From: an uncultured Acidimicrobiia bacterium
GTDB lineage: Bacteria > Actinomycetota > Acidimicrobiia > Acidimicrobiales > CAIXPF01
Reading direction: 5' to 3'
DNA length: 64,000 nucleotides
Assembly: GCA_903921205.1 (NCBI GenBank)
Contig: CAIXPF010000020.1
Coordinates: 18,775-82,774, forward strand
The translations under genes and the position numbers were made by a program. Positions 37,636 to 45,833 of this stretch are shown here, piece by piece. Every line of letters starts with the position of its first letter. The first letter of the stretch is position 1. The notes under the pieces were generated by a model. It was not told the DNA's origin and made no database searches. It worked only from the letters and a program-made list of their open reading frames with translations.

Positions 37636-38649
37636 GTGGTGAGCGAGCGCGAGATCCGCAGCCGGCTCGAGTCCTTCCTGTGCGTCCGTCTCGGAGCTGC
37701 GGCGCGCCCTCGGATCGATGACGTGCATCGGGTTTCCGTCGGCCGCTCGCGTGAGAACTGGCTGTTCGACGCCACCTGGCTCGACGGCGGTACCGAGGTC
37801 CGTGAGTCGCTGATCGTGCGGCGTGATCCGCTCGGCGGGCTGCTCGAAACCGATCGGGCCGTCGAGTACGCCGTGCTGGCTGCGCTCCAGGCGACCCCGG
37901 TGCCCGCCCCGGCGGTGCGCTGGCTCGACGCGGACGGGGCCGAACTGGGTCGACCCTCCCTGGTGATGGTGCGTGAGCCGGGGGAGTGCGACTACTTCGT
38001 CCTCAACGGCGAGCGGCCGCTGGAGGACCGGGTGGCGCTGGCCCGCCGGCTGTGTGCGCTGCTGGTCGAGGTGCACCGGGCCGATTGGGCAGGGGCCGGC
38101 CTGGGCGACGTGTTCGGCGATCCCGGCCCCGAGGCGGCGACGGTGGAGCTTGCGGGCTGGGAGTCCATCCTTCGCCGCGATCAGCTCGAGCCGTACCCGG
38201 AACTGGAGCTGGCGTTGCGGGGTTTGCGGGCGACCGTGCCGCGCTCGCCGCGCACAGTCGTGGTCCACGGCGACTTCAAGGCGGGCAACGTGCTGCTGCG
38301 TGACGGCGAGCCGGGCACCTTGCTCGACTGGGAGTTGGCCCATCTCGGGGACCCGCACGAGGACCTCGGATGGATCACCCAGCCCCTGCGCACCCGGGAG
38401 CACCTCATCGCCGGCGCGTGGGAGCGTGACGACCTCCTGGCGTACTACGAGGAGCTGTCGGGGTGGGAGGTGGACCGCGACGCCGTGCGCTGGTGGAACG
38501 CCCTGGCCTGCTTCAAGACCGCGGTGATGCAGATCAGCGGCCTGCGTTCCTATGTCGAGGGTCGTTGCGACGAGCTCTACCAGCCCACCGCTGCGGTGCT
38601 CGGCACGTTGCTCGACCTCGTCGACGAGCTCACCGGGGCGCCGGCCTGA
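37636..38649 (+). CDS. APH-fold phosphotransferase, ACAD10/11-N-terminal/LvaA-like (kinase A)
   Basis: 337 aa. N-terminal strand VHRVSVGRSRENWLF, catalytic HGDFKAGNVLL, and LLDWE. Confidence 0.8.
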   Translation: MVSEREIRSRLESFLCVRLGAAARPRIDDVHRVSVGRSRENWLFDATWLDGGTEVRESLIVRRDPLGGLLETDRAVEYAVLAALQATPVPAPAVRWLDADGAELGRPSLVMVREPGECDYFVLNGERPLEDRVALARRLCALLVEVHRADWAGAGLGDVFGDPGPEAATVELAGWESILRRDQLEPYPELELALRGLRATVPRSPRTVVVHGDFKAGNVLLRDGEPGTLLDWELAHLGDPHEDLGWITQPLRTREHLIAGAWERDDLLAYYEELSGWEVDRDAVRWWNALACFKTAVMQISGLRSYVEGRCDELYQPTAAVLGTLLDLVDELTGAPA

Positions 38650-39110
38650 TGGAACCGACGGTCGCCGCGCAGTTACGGGCCATCCGACGCCTCGTCGACG
38701 AGGCCGCCGCCGACGCCGGGCTCGGTGATGGCGCCGCGCAGGCGTTGACGATGGCGTCGTCGCAGCTTCGCCGGCTCGAGGGGGCCGAGGCGGCGCGTCT
38801 GCCGTTCCTGGTCGAGGACAACCGCGCCACCGCAGCGTTGCTGGCCGAGTTGGCCGTCCTGGCGCCCGAGCTCGCGCCCCCTGCGCCGCCGTCGCCGGAC
38901 CCCGAAGCGGTGGTCTCCGAGGCCGATGCTGCCCGTCGTAACGTCGAATTGCGGGCGCTGCTCGCCCGCGCGGTCCACGTGCTGCCCGACGACGCTCCGG
39001 GCGACGCCGCCCGGGCGAGAGTGGTCGAGCTTCTCCGGGCCCGTCTGACCCGTAACCCGTCCCTCAACCGTCCACTGCGCCCCGGCGCCGAACGAACGGG
39101 AACCCCGTGA
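38649..39110 (+). CDS. Hypothetical helical protein, partner A of kinase A
   Basis: Track ORF 38463-39110 trimmed to ATG 38649, with a TGATG junction to the kinase. 153 aa. Alignable by eye with 41229-41657. Confidence 0.5.
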   Translation: MEPTVAAQLRAIRRLVDEAAADAGLGDGAAQALTMASSQLRRLEGAEAARLPFLVEDNRATAALLAELAVLAPELAPPAPPSPDPEAVVSEADAARRNVELRALLARAVHVLPDDAPGDAARARVVELLRARLTRNPSLNRPLRPGAERTGTP

Positions 39111-40255
39111 CCGACCATGACCCGATCCCGAAGCTGACCATGAGCGACGAGCACTTCGCCGAGCAGTTCCCGCTCTCGCCGCTCGACGACTACCTGATCC
39201 ACCAGACCCCCGACCCCATCCGGGTGATGTGGACCGGCGACCCCCGGGCCTACGAGCGCTACTGGATGGTCTGTCACGATCCCGCCGGTGAGGTGCTGGT
39301 CGCTGCGGGGGGCAGCTTCTATCCCAACCTCGATCGGGCCGAGGCCTATGCGATCGTCAACCACCGGGGTCAGCACACCTCGGTGCGGGGCTTTCGCCGG
39401 CTCGGCGCCGACCGGGCCGACCTGCGTATCGGACCGATCAACCCGCAGATCATCGCCGGCATGCGCTGGTGGCGCTACGAGCTCGAACCGAACGAGTGGG
39501 GGGTCAGCTTCCAGCTCGACTTCCGGGACACCACTCGCCAGGTGTTCCGCGAACCGCTGTCGAACTCCGCGGGCGGCAGCCCTCCCGGCCGCCGCAACGA
39601 CGTGACGACCGGCTTCGAGAGCTTCGGCGAGGTCGAGGGCTGGGTGCAGGTCGGCGACACCCGCATCGAGATCCCGGCCGGCTCGCCGGGCACCCGGGAC
39701 CGCCACTGGGGTGTCGGCCGTGGCGTCGGAGGCCCGGCGCTGTCGCTGGGCGGCCGGCTGCACGTTGGGGTGTCGGGCAACGCGTTCGTGGCCTTCCCGA
39801 GCTGGACCCTGTGGGGTGACCGGGTGTTCCACCGCTTCGGTGACCCTCGTCCCGGCATGGGCCGGGTGGGCAAGCCGTCGCGACGGTTGCGGTTCGAACC
39901 CGACACCAACATCTTCGTCGAGGGCATCGTCGACTACCCGCTCGACACCGGCGAGGTGAAGCAGGTCCACTACGAGCGCATCGGCTTCCAGACCGCCTAC
40001 CTGCGTTGCGGCATGTACGGGGGGACGCCGGACCGGGGCATCCACTCCGGGGGCTACGACGGTCCCGACCTCGTCGAGGGCGAGACCTACGACGTGACCC
40101 GTCCCGAGGTCCGCCGGGCCATCGCCGGCCTCGACGAGCACCTGTGCCGCGCCACCTGCGACGGAGAGGTGGCGACCGGGCTGTACCAGCCGATCGACCC
40201 GACCGCGTACGAGGCCTGCGCCGCCGGCAAGCCCGGTTGGGCCTTCCTCGAGTGA
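39107..40255 (+). CDS. Conserved-looking protein of unknown function (382 aa)
   Basis: GTGA overlaps at both ends. Coding-type G/C third positions. I recognise no catalytic motif. Notable strings are DDYLIHQTPDP and TRDRHWGVGRG. Confidence 0.6.
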   Translation: MTDHDPIPKLTMSDEHFAEQFPLSPLDDYLIHQTPDPIRVMWTGDPRAYERYWMVCHDPAGEVLVAAGGSFYPNLDRAEAYAIVNHRGQHTSVRGFRRLGADRADLRIGPINPQIIAGMRWWRYELEPNEWGVSFQLDFRDTTRQVFREPLSNSAGGSPPGRRNDVTTGFESFGEVEGWVQVGDTRIEIPAGSPGTRDRHWGVGRGVGGPALSLGGRLHVGVSGNAFVAFPSWTLWGDRVFHRFGDPRPGMGRVGKPSRRLRFEPDTNIFVEGIVDYPLDTGEVKQVHYERIGFQTAYLRCGMYGGTPDRGIHSGGYDGPDLVEGETYDVTRPEVRRAIAGLDEHLCRATCDGEVATGLYQPIDPTAYEACAAGKPGWAFLE

Positions 40256-41235
40256 ACGAGGTCCGGGCCGAGCCGCTCGCGGCGTTCCTCTCGGAGCAGG
40301 TGGGCAGTGCCGTCACCGTTGGCGAGTTGCAGCGGATCTCCTCGGTCGGCAACGCCCGCGAGCCGTGGCTGTTCCGCGCCTCGTGGGACGGTGGCGACGA
40401 ACGGTGCGTCATGCTCGTCAAGGCCGAGGCCGGTCAGCTCGAGACCACCCTCGGCCCCGAGTTCTCCACCATCGCCGCCCTCGACGGCAGCGGGGTGCCG
40501 GTGCCGCCGGCCCGCTGGCTCGACGAGGCCGGTGCGGCCTTCGGGTCGGCGTTCTTCGTGACGGCCTGGGTGCCCGGCACCGCCGACACCCGGGTGTTGC
40601 GCAAGCCGGAGGGCGATACGGCCATCGCCGCAGTGGCCCGGCAACTGGCGGTCGCAGCGGCGCGGCTGCACGCCCAGGACCCCGCCCGTTTCGGGCACCT
40701 GACACCGACCAGCCCCGAGACGGCTGCGTCCGATCAGCTCGACCACTGGGAGGAGCTGTTCCGCCGCCAACGGCTCGAGCCGCATCCGGGGTTGGTCTAC
40801 GCGCTGCGCTGGCTGCGCGAGCGACTGCCCCGGGCTGCGCGGGTATCCGTGGTCCACGGCGACCTGCGCTTCGGCAACCTGCTCTACGACGGTGATCGGT
40901 TGACCGCCCTGGTCGACTGGGAGATGGTCCACCTCGGTGACCCGGTCGAGGACCTGGGCTGGGTGTACCGCTCGCTGTGGTCGCCGGCACGGTCGCTGCC
41001 GTTCGAGGAGTTCCTTGCGGTGTACGCAGAGGAGGCGGGTCGTCCGGTGGATCGGGAGCACCTCCGCTGGTACGAGGTGTTCAACGAGGTCAAGCACAGC
41101 GTGATCTCGCTGACCGGCACCCGCAGCTTTGCCGACCGTGCCACCACCAGTCTGCGCCACGCCGACCGCTCGGCGACCGTCCCTCCGTTCGTGCGGCGGA
41201 TCCTGGAGCTGATCATGCAGGCCCCGTCATGTTGA
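40252..41235 (+). CDS. APH-fold phosphotransferase, ACAD10/11-N-terminal/LvaA-like (kinase B)
   Basis: Track ORF 40006-41235 trimmed to GTG 40252 (GTGA junction). Motifs LQRISSVGNAREPWLF, HGDLRFGNLLY and LVDWE. Confidence 0.8.
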   Translation: MNEVRAEPLAAFLSEQVGSAVTVGELQRISSVGNAREPWLFRASWDGGDERCVMLVKAEAGQLETTLGPEFSTIAALDGSGVPVPPARWLDEAGAAFGSAFFVTAWVPGTADTRVLRKPEGDTAIAAVARQLAVAAARLHAQDPARFGHLTPTSPETAASDQLDHWEELFRRQRLEPHPGLVYALRWLRERLPRAARVSVVHGDLRFGNLLYDGDRLTALVDWEMVHLGDPVEDLGWVYRSLWSPARSLPFEEFLAVYAEEAGRPVDREHLRWYEVFNEVKHSVISLTGTRSFADRATTSLRHADRSATVPPFVRRILELIMQAPSC

Positions 41236-41657
41236 ACCCGTCAGTGATCGACCTGTTGGTCGGCGTGGCCGACGGGCTGCGGGCCGAGGTGCTCGAGGTC
41301 CTCGAGCCGGGCCCGGCCCGGGACCAGGTCACCGCAGCTATCGCCATCGTGCGACGCGTGGCACGGGCCCTTCCCGGCCTGGTGCCCTACCTCCTGGCCG
41401 ACATCGACGACCTCCAGGCGACCCTTGCGCTGCTCGGTGTGCCCCCCGACGCGGCGGCGCCCCGGCCGGATCCGGGAACGGACGGCCTCGACGTGCTGAT
41501 CGCCTTCGACCTCACGCTGCGCGACCGCATCGCGGCGCTTGCCGAACCTGACGGAGCACTCGAGCTCGGTGCACCCGAGCGACGGATCCTGATCGACCTC
41601 CTGGGTCGGATGACCGAACGCGACGCCGGGTTGCGACTGTCGCCCTGGGAGCGCTGA
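41229..41657 (+). CDS. Hypothetical helical protein, partner B of kinase B
   Basis: Track ORF 40977-41657 trimmed to ATG 41229, with a 7-nt overlap onto the kinase. 142 aa. Paralogous by eye to 38649-39110. Confidence 0.5.
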   Translation: MLNPSVIDLLVGVADGLRAEVLEVLEPGPARDQVTAAIAIVRRVARALPGLVPYLLADIDDLQATLALLGVPPDAAAPRPDPGTDGLDVLIAFDLTLRDRIAALAEPDGALELGAPERRILIDLLGRMTERDAGLRLSPWER

Positions 41658-41796
41658 CCGACCGGTCCAAGACCTGCTCACCGGCCCTCTGACCGGCCGA
41701 TTCGGGGTCGCAACGGTGCCGCCGCACGGCAAGCTCGGCGCGAGGCCGCGCCACGGACTACCGTCACAGGGTCTGCATCGTCTCAGGGGGACGCAT

Positions 41797-42669
41797 TTGA
41801 AGTACTTCGCGCCGTCGACAGTGGAAGAAGCAGCGGGGTTGCTGGCCCAGCCGAACACCAAGGTGTTCGCCGGGGCCACCGACGTGATCCCGCAGATCCG
41901 GGCCGGCCGGCCCGAACCCGAAGCCTTGGTCGACCTCAAGAAGATCGACCGTCTGGTCTCCGTCCAGCGCACCGATGCCAAGTGGGTCATCGGTGCGGCC
42001 ACGCCCACCGCACGGCTGACCGGCAACGCCGAGCTCGCCGCCGAGTTCCCCGGCCTGGTCGAGGCCGCCGGCCTCATCGGTTCCGATCAGGTGCAGAGCC
42101 GGTCGAGCCTGGGCGGCAACCTGTGCAACGCCTCGCCTGCAGCCGACTCGGTGCCGGCCATGGTCGTCAACGGCGTCCGTGCCGTGATCGCCACCCCCGG
42201 TGGGGGCACGCGCACCCTGGCGGTCGAGGACGTGCCGGCCGGTCCTGGCCGGACCAACCTCGTTCCCGGCGAGTTCGTGGTCGAGCTCGAGGTCGACCGT
42301 GCCCCGGCACGCACCGGCGACGCCTACCTGCGGCTCATCCCGCGTACCGAGATGGACATCGCCGTCGTCGGCGCCGGCGTCCGGGTCACCCTCGACGAGT
42401 CCGGCACCGTCACCGACGCCCGCGTGGCGCTCGGCGCCGTCGCCCCGACCGTCGTGCGGGTGCAGGCCGCCGAGGCCGCGCTGATCGGCAGCAAGCTCGA
42501 CGACGCGGCCCTTGCTGCGGCCGCTGCCGCGGCGAGCGCCGCCTGCAACCCCATCGACGACAAGCGGGGCACCATCGCCTACCGCACCCACGTCGCCGGT
42601 GTCCTCACCCGCCGTGCGGCGGTCATCGCCGGCCAGCGTGCCGCCGAGAAGAACGGAGCTTCCCGATGA
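41797..42669 (+). CDS. Molybdenum hydroxylase FAD-binding (medium) subunit
   Basis: Track ORF 41716-42669 trimmed to TTG 41797 with GGGGGA 5-6 nt upstream. Motifs FAGATDVIPQIR, GGNLCNASPAADS and DDKRGTIAYR. Confidence 0.8.
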   Translation: MKYFAPSTVEEAAGLLAQPNTKVFAGATDVIPQIRAGRPEPEALVDLKKIDRLVSVQRTDAKWVIGAATPTARLTGNAELAAEFPGLVEAAGLIGSDQVQSRSSLGGNLCNASPAADSVPAMVVNGVRAVIATPGGGTRTLAVEDVPAGPGRTNLVPGEFVVELEVDRAPARTGDAYLRLIPRTEMDIAVVGAGVRVTLDESGTVTDARVALGAVAPTVVRVQAAEAALIGSKLDDAALAAAAAAASAACNPIDDKRGTIAYRTHVAGVLTRRAAVIAGQRAAEKNGASR

Positions 42670-43148
42670 GCCGGATCCAAGTGAGCTGCACCGTCAACGG
42701 TGACCCGGTCGACTTCCTCTGCGACGCCGACGGCTCGCTGCTCAACACCTTGCGTGACGAGCTCGGCCTCACCGGCATCAAGGAAGGCTGCGGAACCGGC
42801 GACTGCGGCGCCTGCTCGATCCTCATGGACGACCAGCTGCACTGCGCCTGCCTGATCTTCGCCCCCGAGGCCACCGGGACGACCATCACCACCGTCGAAG
42901 GCCTTGCCGACGGCGATCACCTGACCCCGCTGCAGGAATGCTTCCTCGAGGGTGCCGCCCTCCAGTGCGGCATCTGCACCCCCGGGTTCCTGGTGGCCGC
43001 CACGGCCCTTCTCAAGCACAACCCCAACCCCACCGAGACCGAAATCCGTTACGCACTGGCAGGGAACCTCTGCCGTTGCACCGGCTACGACAAGATCGTG
43101 CGTGCTGTCCGTGAGGCGGCCGCGCAGATGAGGGAGGCGTCAGCATGA
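42666..43148 (+). CDS. Molybdenum hydroxylase (2Fe-2S)-binding small subunit
   Basis: ATGA junction. 160 aa. Motifs CGTGDCGACS, CGICTPG and CRCTGY. Confidence 0.9.
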   Translation: MSRIQVSCTVNGDPVDFLCDADGSLLNTLRDELGLTGIKEGCGTGDCGACSILMDDQLHCACLIFAPEATGTTITTVEGLADGDHLTPLQECFLEGAALQCGICTPGFLVAATALLKHNPNPTETEIRYALAGNLCRCTGYDKIVRAVREAAAQMREASA

Positions 43149-45400
43149 CCATCGCAGAAGATCCGGCAACCACCTCACCCGGCTACAAGTGGGTCGGCAC
43201 CCGGATGATCCGGCCCGACGGCTTCGAGAAGGTCACCGGGCGTGCCCGCTTCGGTGCCGACATCAAGCTCAACGGGATGCTCTACGGCCACGTGCTGCGC
43301 TCGCCGCACGCCCACGCCAAGATCGTGTCGATCGACACCAGCGAGGCCGAGAAGATGGCGGGCGTGCGCGCGGTCATCACCGGTGCGGACTTCCCCGATC
43401 CCTCCGGCCCCGCCGGCGATCAGGACCTGCAGCGCAACGTCATCGCCCGTGAGAAGGCCCTCTACGAAGGCCACGTGATCGCTGCGGTCGCAGCGCAGAC
43501 CCGTGCCCAGGCCAAGGCCGCGGCCGAGGCCATCAAGGTGGTCTACGAGGTCCTCCCGCACGTGATGACCGTCGACGAGGCCATGGCCCCCGGTGCGCCG
43601 TTGCTGCACCCGAAGCTGATGACCAAGGGCGTCGATCCCGCCCCCACCGAGCCGTCGAACGTGGCGAGCCGTGCGGTGTACCAGGGCGGCGACCTCGACC
43701 TCGGCTTCGCCGAGTCCGACGTGGTCGTCGAGGGGACCTTCACCACCAAGCCGGTGCACCAGGGCTACATCGAGCCCCACGCCGCGGTGGCCGACACCAC
43801 CCCCAACGGCCGCACCACGCTGTGGTGCTCGTCGCAGGGCCACTTCACGATGCGGTCGCTGTCGGCCAAGGTGCTGGGCTGGGAGCCCTCCAAGCTGAAG
43901 GTCATCCCTGCCGAGATCGGCGGCGGCTTCGGTGGCAAGACCACCATCTACCTCGAGCCTCTCGCCGTGCGCCTGTCGCAGAAGGCGGGCCGGCCGGTGA
44001 AGCTGGTCATGAGCCGTGACGAGGTGTTCCGGGCCACCGGTCCGGCCTCGGGCACCAAGATCGTCGGCAAGTTGGGCTTCAAGAACGACGGCACCATGGT
44101 TGCCGGCGAGCTGTGGATGGCCTACGAGGCTGGTGCCTTCGCCGGTTCGCCGGCCGGTGCCGGCTCGATGACCGCGCTGGCCCCCTACACCGTGCCGAAC
44201 TTCCTCATCGAGGGCTTCGACGTGGTGGTCAACAAGCCCAAGGTCGCGGCCTACCGCGCTCCGGGCGCCCCGATGTCGTCCTTCGCCGTGGAGAGCCTCA
44301 TCGACGAGGCCGCCAAGAAGCTCGGCATGGACCCGATCGACATCCGGCTCAAGAACGCCGTGACCGAGGGTTGCCAGGCCACGTATGGTCCGAAGTTCCC
44401 GCGGATCGGCTTCGTGGAGACCCTCGAGGCCATCAAGAACCACCCGAACTACAAGATCCCGCTCGGCCCCAACCAGGGTCGCGGCGTGGCATCGGGCTTC
44501 TGGTTCAACGCCGGTCTCAACTCCAGCGCCACGGTGCACGTGAACGAGGACGGCAACGTCATCGTCGTCACCGGCTCGCCCGACATCGGTGGCAGCCGCG
44601 CCTCGATGGCCCTGATGGCCGCCGAGGAGTTCGGCATCGACGCCGCCCGGATCCAGCCGGTCGTCGGCGACACCGAGTCGGTCGGCTACAACGACCAGAC
44701 CGGTGGTAGCCGGACGACCCTGGCCACCGGTGCCGCGGTCATCGAGGCCTGCCGCAAGGTGATCGCCGATCTGCGTGGCCGCGCGGCCAAGCAGTGGGAC
44801 GTGTCGCTCGACAAGGTCGAGTGGGTCGACGGTCAGGCCCAGCACGTGGAGGGCACCCAGCCCCCGCTGTCGCTCGCCGATCTGGCCAAGGGTTGGAACC
44901 GTACCGGTGGCCCGCTGACCGCCAGCGCGGCCCTCAACGCCCGCGGCGTCGGCTCGGCGTTCTCGACCCAGGTCGTCGACCTCGAGGTCGATCCCGACAC
45001 CGGCCATGTGACGGTGCTGCGCTACCTCACCGCCCAGGACGCCGGTCGGGCCATCCACCCGAGCTACGTCGAGGGCCAGCTGCAGGGCGGCGTCGTGCAG
45101 GGCCTCGGCTGGGCGCTGAACGAGGAGTACATCTTCGACCGCAACGGCAAGATGGAGAACCCCGGCTTCCTCGACTACCGCATCCCGGTGGCGTCGGACC
45201 TGCCGATGATCGACACGATCGTCGTCGAGGTCCCCAACCCCGGTCACCCCTACGGCGTGCGTGGGGTGGGCGAGGTCGGCATCGTCCCGCCGTTGGCCGC
45301 CGTGGCCAACGCCGTCGACGACGCCGTCAGCCGTCGTATCCACGACCTGCCGCTGTCGCCGGTGCGCATCCTCGACGCCATCATCAACAAGGACAGCTGA
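43145..45400 (+). CDS. Molybdopterin-binding large subunit of a xanthine-dehydrogenase/aldehyde-oxidase-family hydroxylase
   Basis: 751 aa with an ATGA junction. Motifs GRARFGADI, AAYRAPGAP and the catalytic-Glu context RGVGEVGIVP. It lacks the AYRCSFR/AYRGAGR loop of CO dehydrogenases. Confidence 0.9.
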   Translation: MTIAEDPATTSPGYKWVGTRMIRPDGFEKVTGRARFGADIKLNGMLYGHVLRSPHAHAKIVSIDTSEAEKMAGVRAVITGADFPDPSGPAGDQDLQRNVIAREKALYEGHVIAAVAAQTRAQAKAAAEAIKVVYEVLPHVMTVDEAMAPGAPLLHPKLMTKGVDPAPTEPSNVASRAVYQGGDLDLGFAESDVVVEGTFTTKPVHQGYIEPHAAVADTTPNGRTTLWCSSQGHFTMRSLSAKVLGWEPSKLKVIPAEIGGGFGGKTTIYLEPLAVRLSQKAGRPVKLVMSRDEVFRATGPASGTKIVGKLGFKNDGTMVAGELWMAYEAGAFAGSPAGAGSMTALAPYTVPNFLIEGFDVVVNKPKVAAYRAPGAPMSSFAVESLIDEAAKKLGMDPIDIRLKNAVTEGCQATYGPKFPRIGFVETLEAIKNHPNYKIPLGPNQGRGVASGFWFNAGLNSSATVHVNEDGNVIVVTGSPDIGGSRASMALMAAEEFGIDAARIQPVVGDTESVGYNDQTGGSRTTLATGAAVIEACRKVIADLRGRAAKQWDVSLDKVEWVDGQAQHVEGTQPPLSLADLAKGWNRTGGPLTASAALNARGVGSAFSTQVVDLEVDPDTGHVTVLRYLTAQDAGRAIHPSYVEGQLQGGVVQGLGWALNEEYIFDRNGKMENPGFLDYRIPVASDLPMIDTIVVEVPNPGHPYGVRGVGEVGIVPPLAAVANAVDDAVSRRIHDLPLSPVRILDAIINKDS

Positions 45401-45648
45401 TGGCGCACGTCCACTTCTCGGCGGGGCTGCGCAGCGGCTTCACCGGTGGCGTGGCCGTGTTGGAGGTCGAAGCGACGACCGTCGGTGGCCTGATCAAGGC
45501 GCTCGACGCACGGTTCCCGGGCATCGGCGAGAAGCTGAGCTCGGGGACCTCCGTCGCCATCGACGGTGAGATCATCCCCGACGCGGAGTTCGAGTCGCTC
45601 TCGGCCACGGCCGAGGTGCATTTCCTCGAAACCATCGGCGGCGGCTGA
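45400..45648 (+). CDS. MoaD/ThiS-family ubiquitin-like sulfur-carrier protein
   Basis: Track ORF 44794-45648 trimmed to ATG 45400, with a TGATG junction to the Mo subunit. 82 aa, with a beta-grasp-like pattern and a C-terminal GGG. Confidence 0.6.
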   Translation: MAHVHFSAGLRSGFTGGVAVLEVEATTVGGLIKALDARFPGIGEKLSSGTSVAIDGEIIPDAEFESLSATAEVHFLETIGGG

Positions 45649-45668
45649 CCGCTCGCAACCCGATTGCT

Positions 45669-45712
45669 GCCACGGCGGCGGGAGGACCCCAGGGTCTGCC
45701 CGCCGCCGTGGC
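45669..45712 (+). terminator. GC-rich hairpin, probable intrinsic terminator of the nine-gene operon
   Basis: GCCACGGCGGCGGG (45669-45682) pairs perfectly with CCCGCCGCCGTGGC (45699-45712). The 16-nt loop has an internal GACCC/GGGTC pairing. There is no U-tract. Confidence 0.5.
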
Positions 45713-45833
45713 GCGTCCGGATGCAGCGGACCGCCCGACCCGCGGGAACCGCACAGGATCGCCGGATTTCGACTAGGAAAGGGGGTACTGATCTGGTACG
45801 ACATCCCCGATCCCACGAAACCGGAGTGCACCC

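Noticed and set aside
41797-45400. Calling the three-subunit Mo enzyme an aerobic CO dehydrogenase (CoxMSL).
   Set aside because: The large subunit reads AAYRAPGAP where form I and II CODH carry AYRCSFR or AYRGAGR. No coxDEFG-type accessory genes are present. I therefore call it only a generic XDH/aldehyde-oxidase-family hydroxylase.
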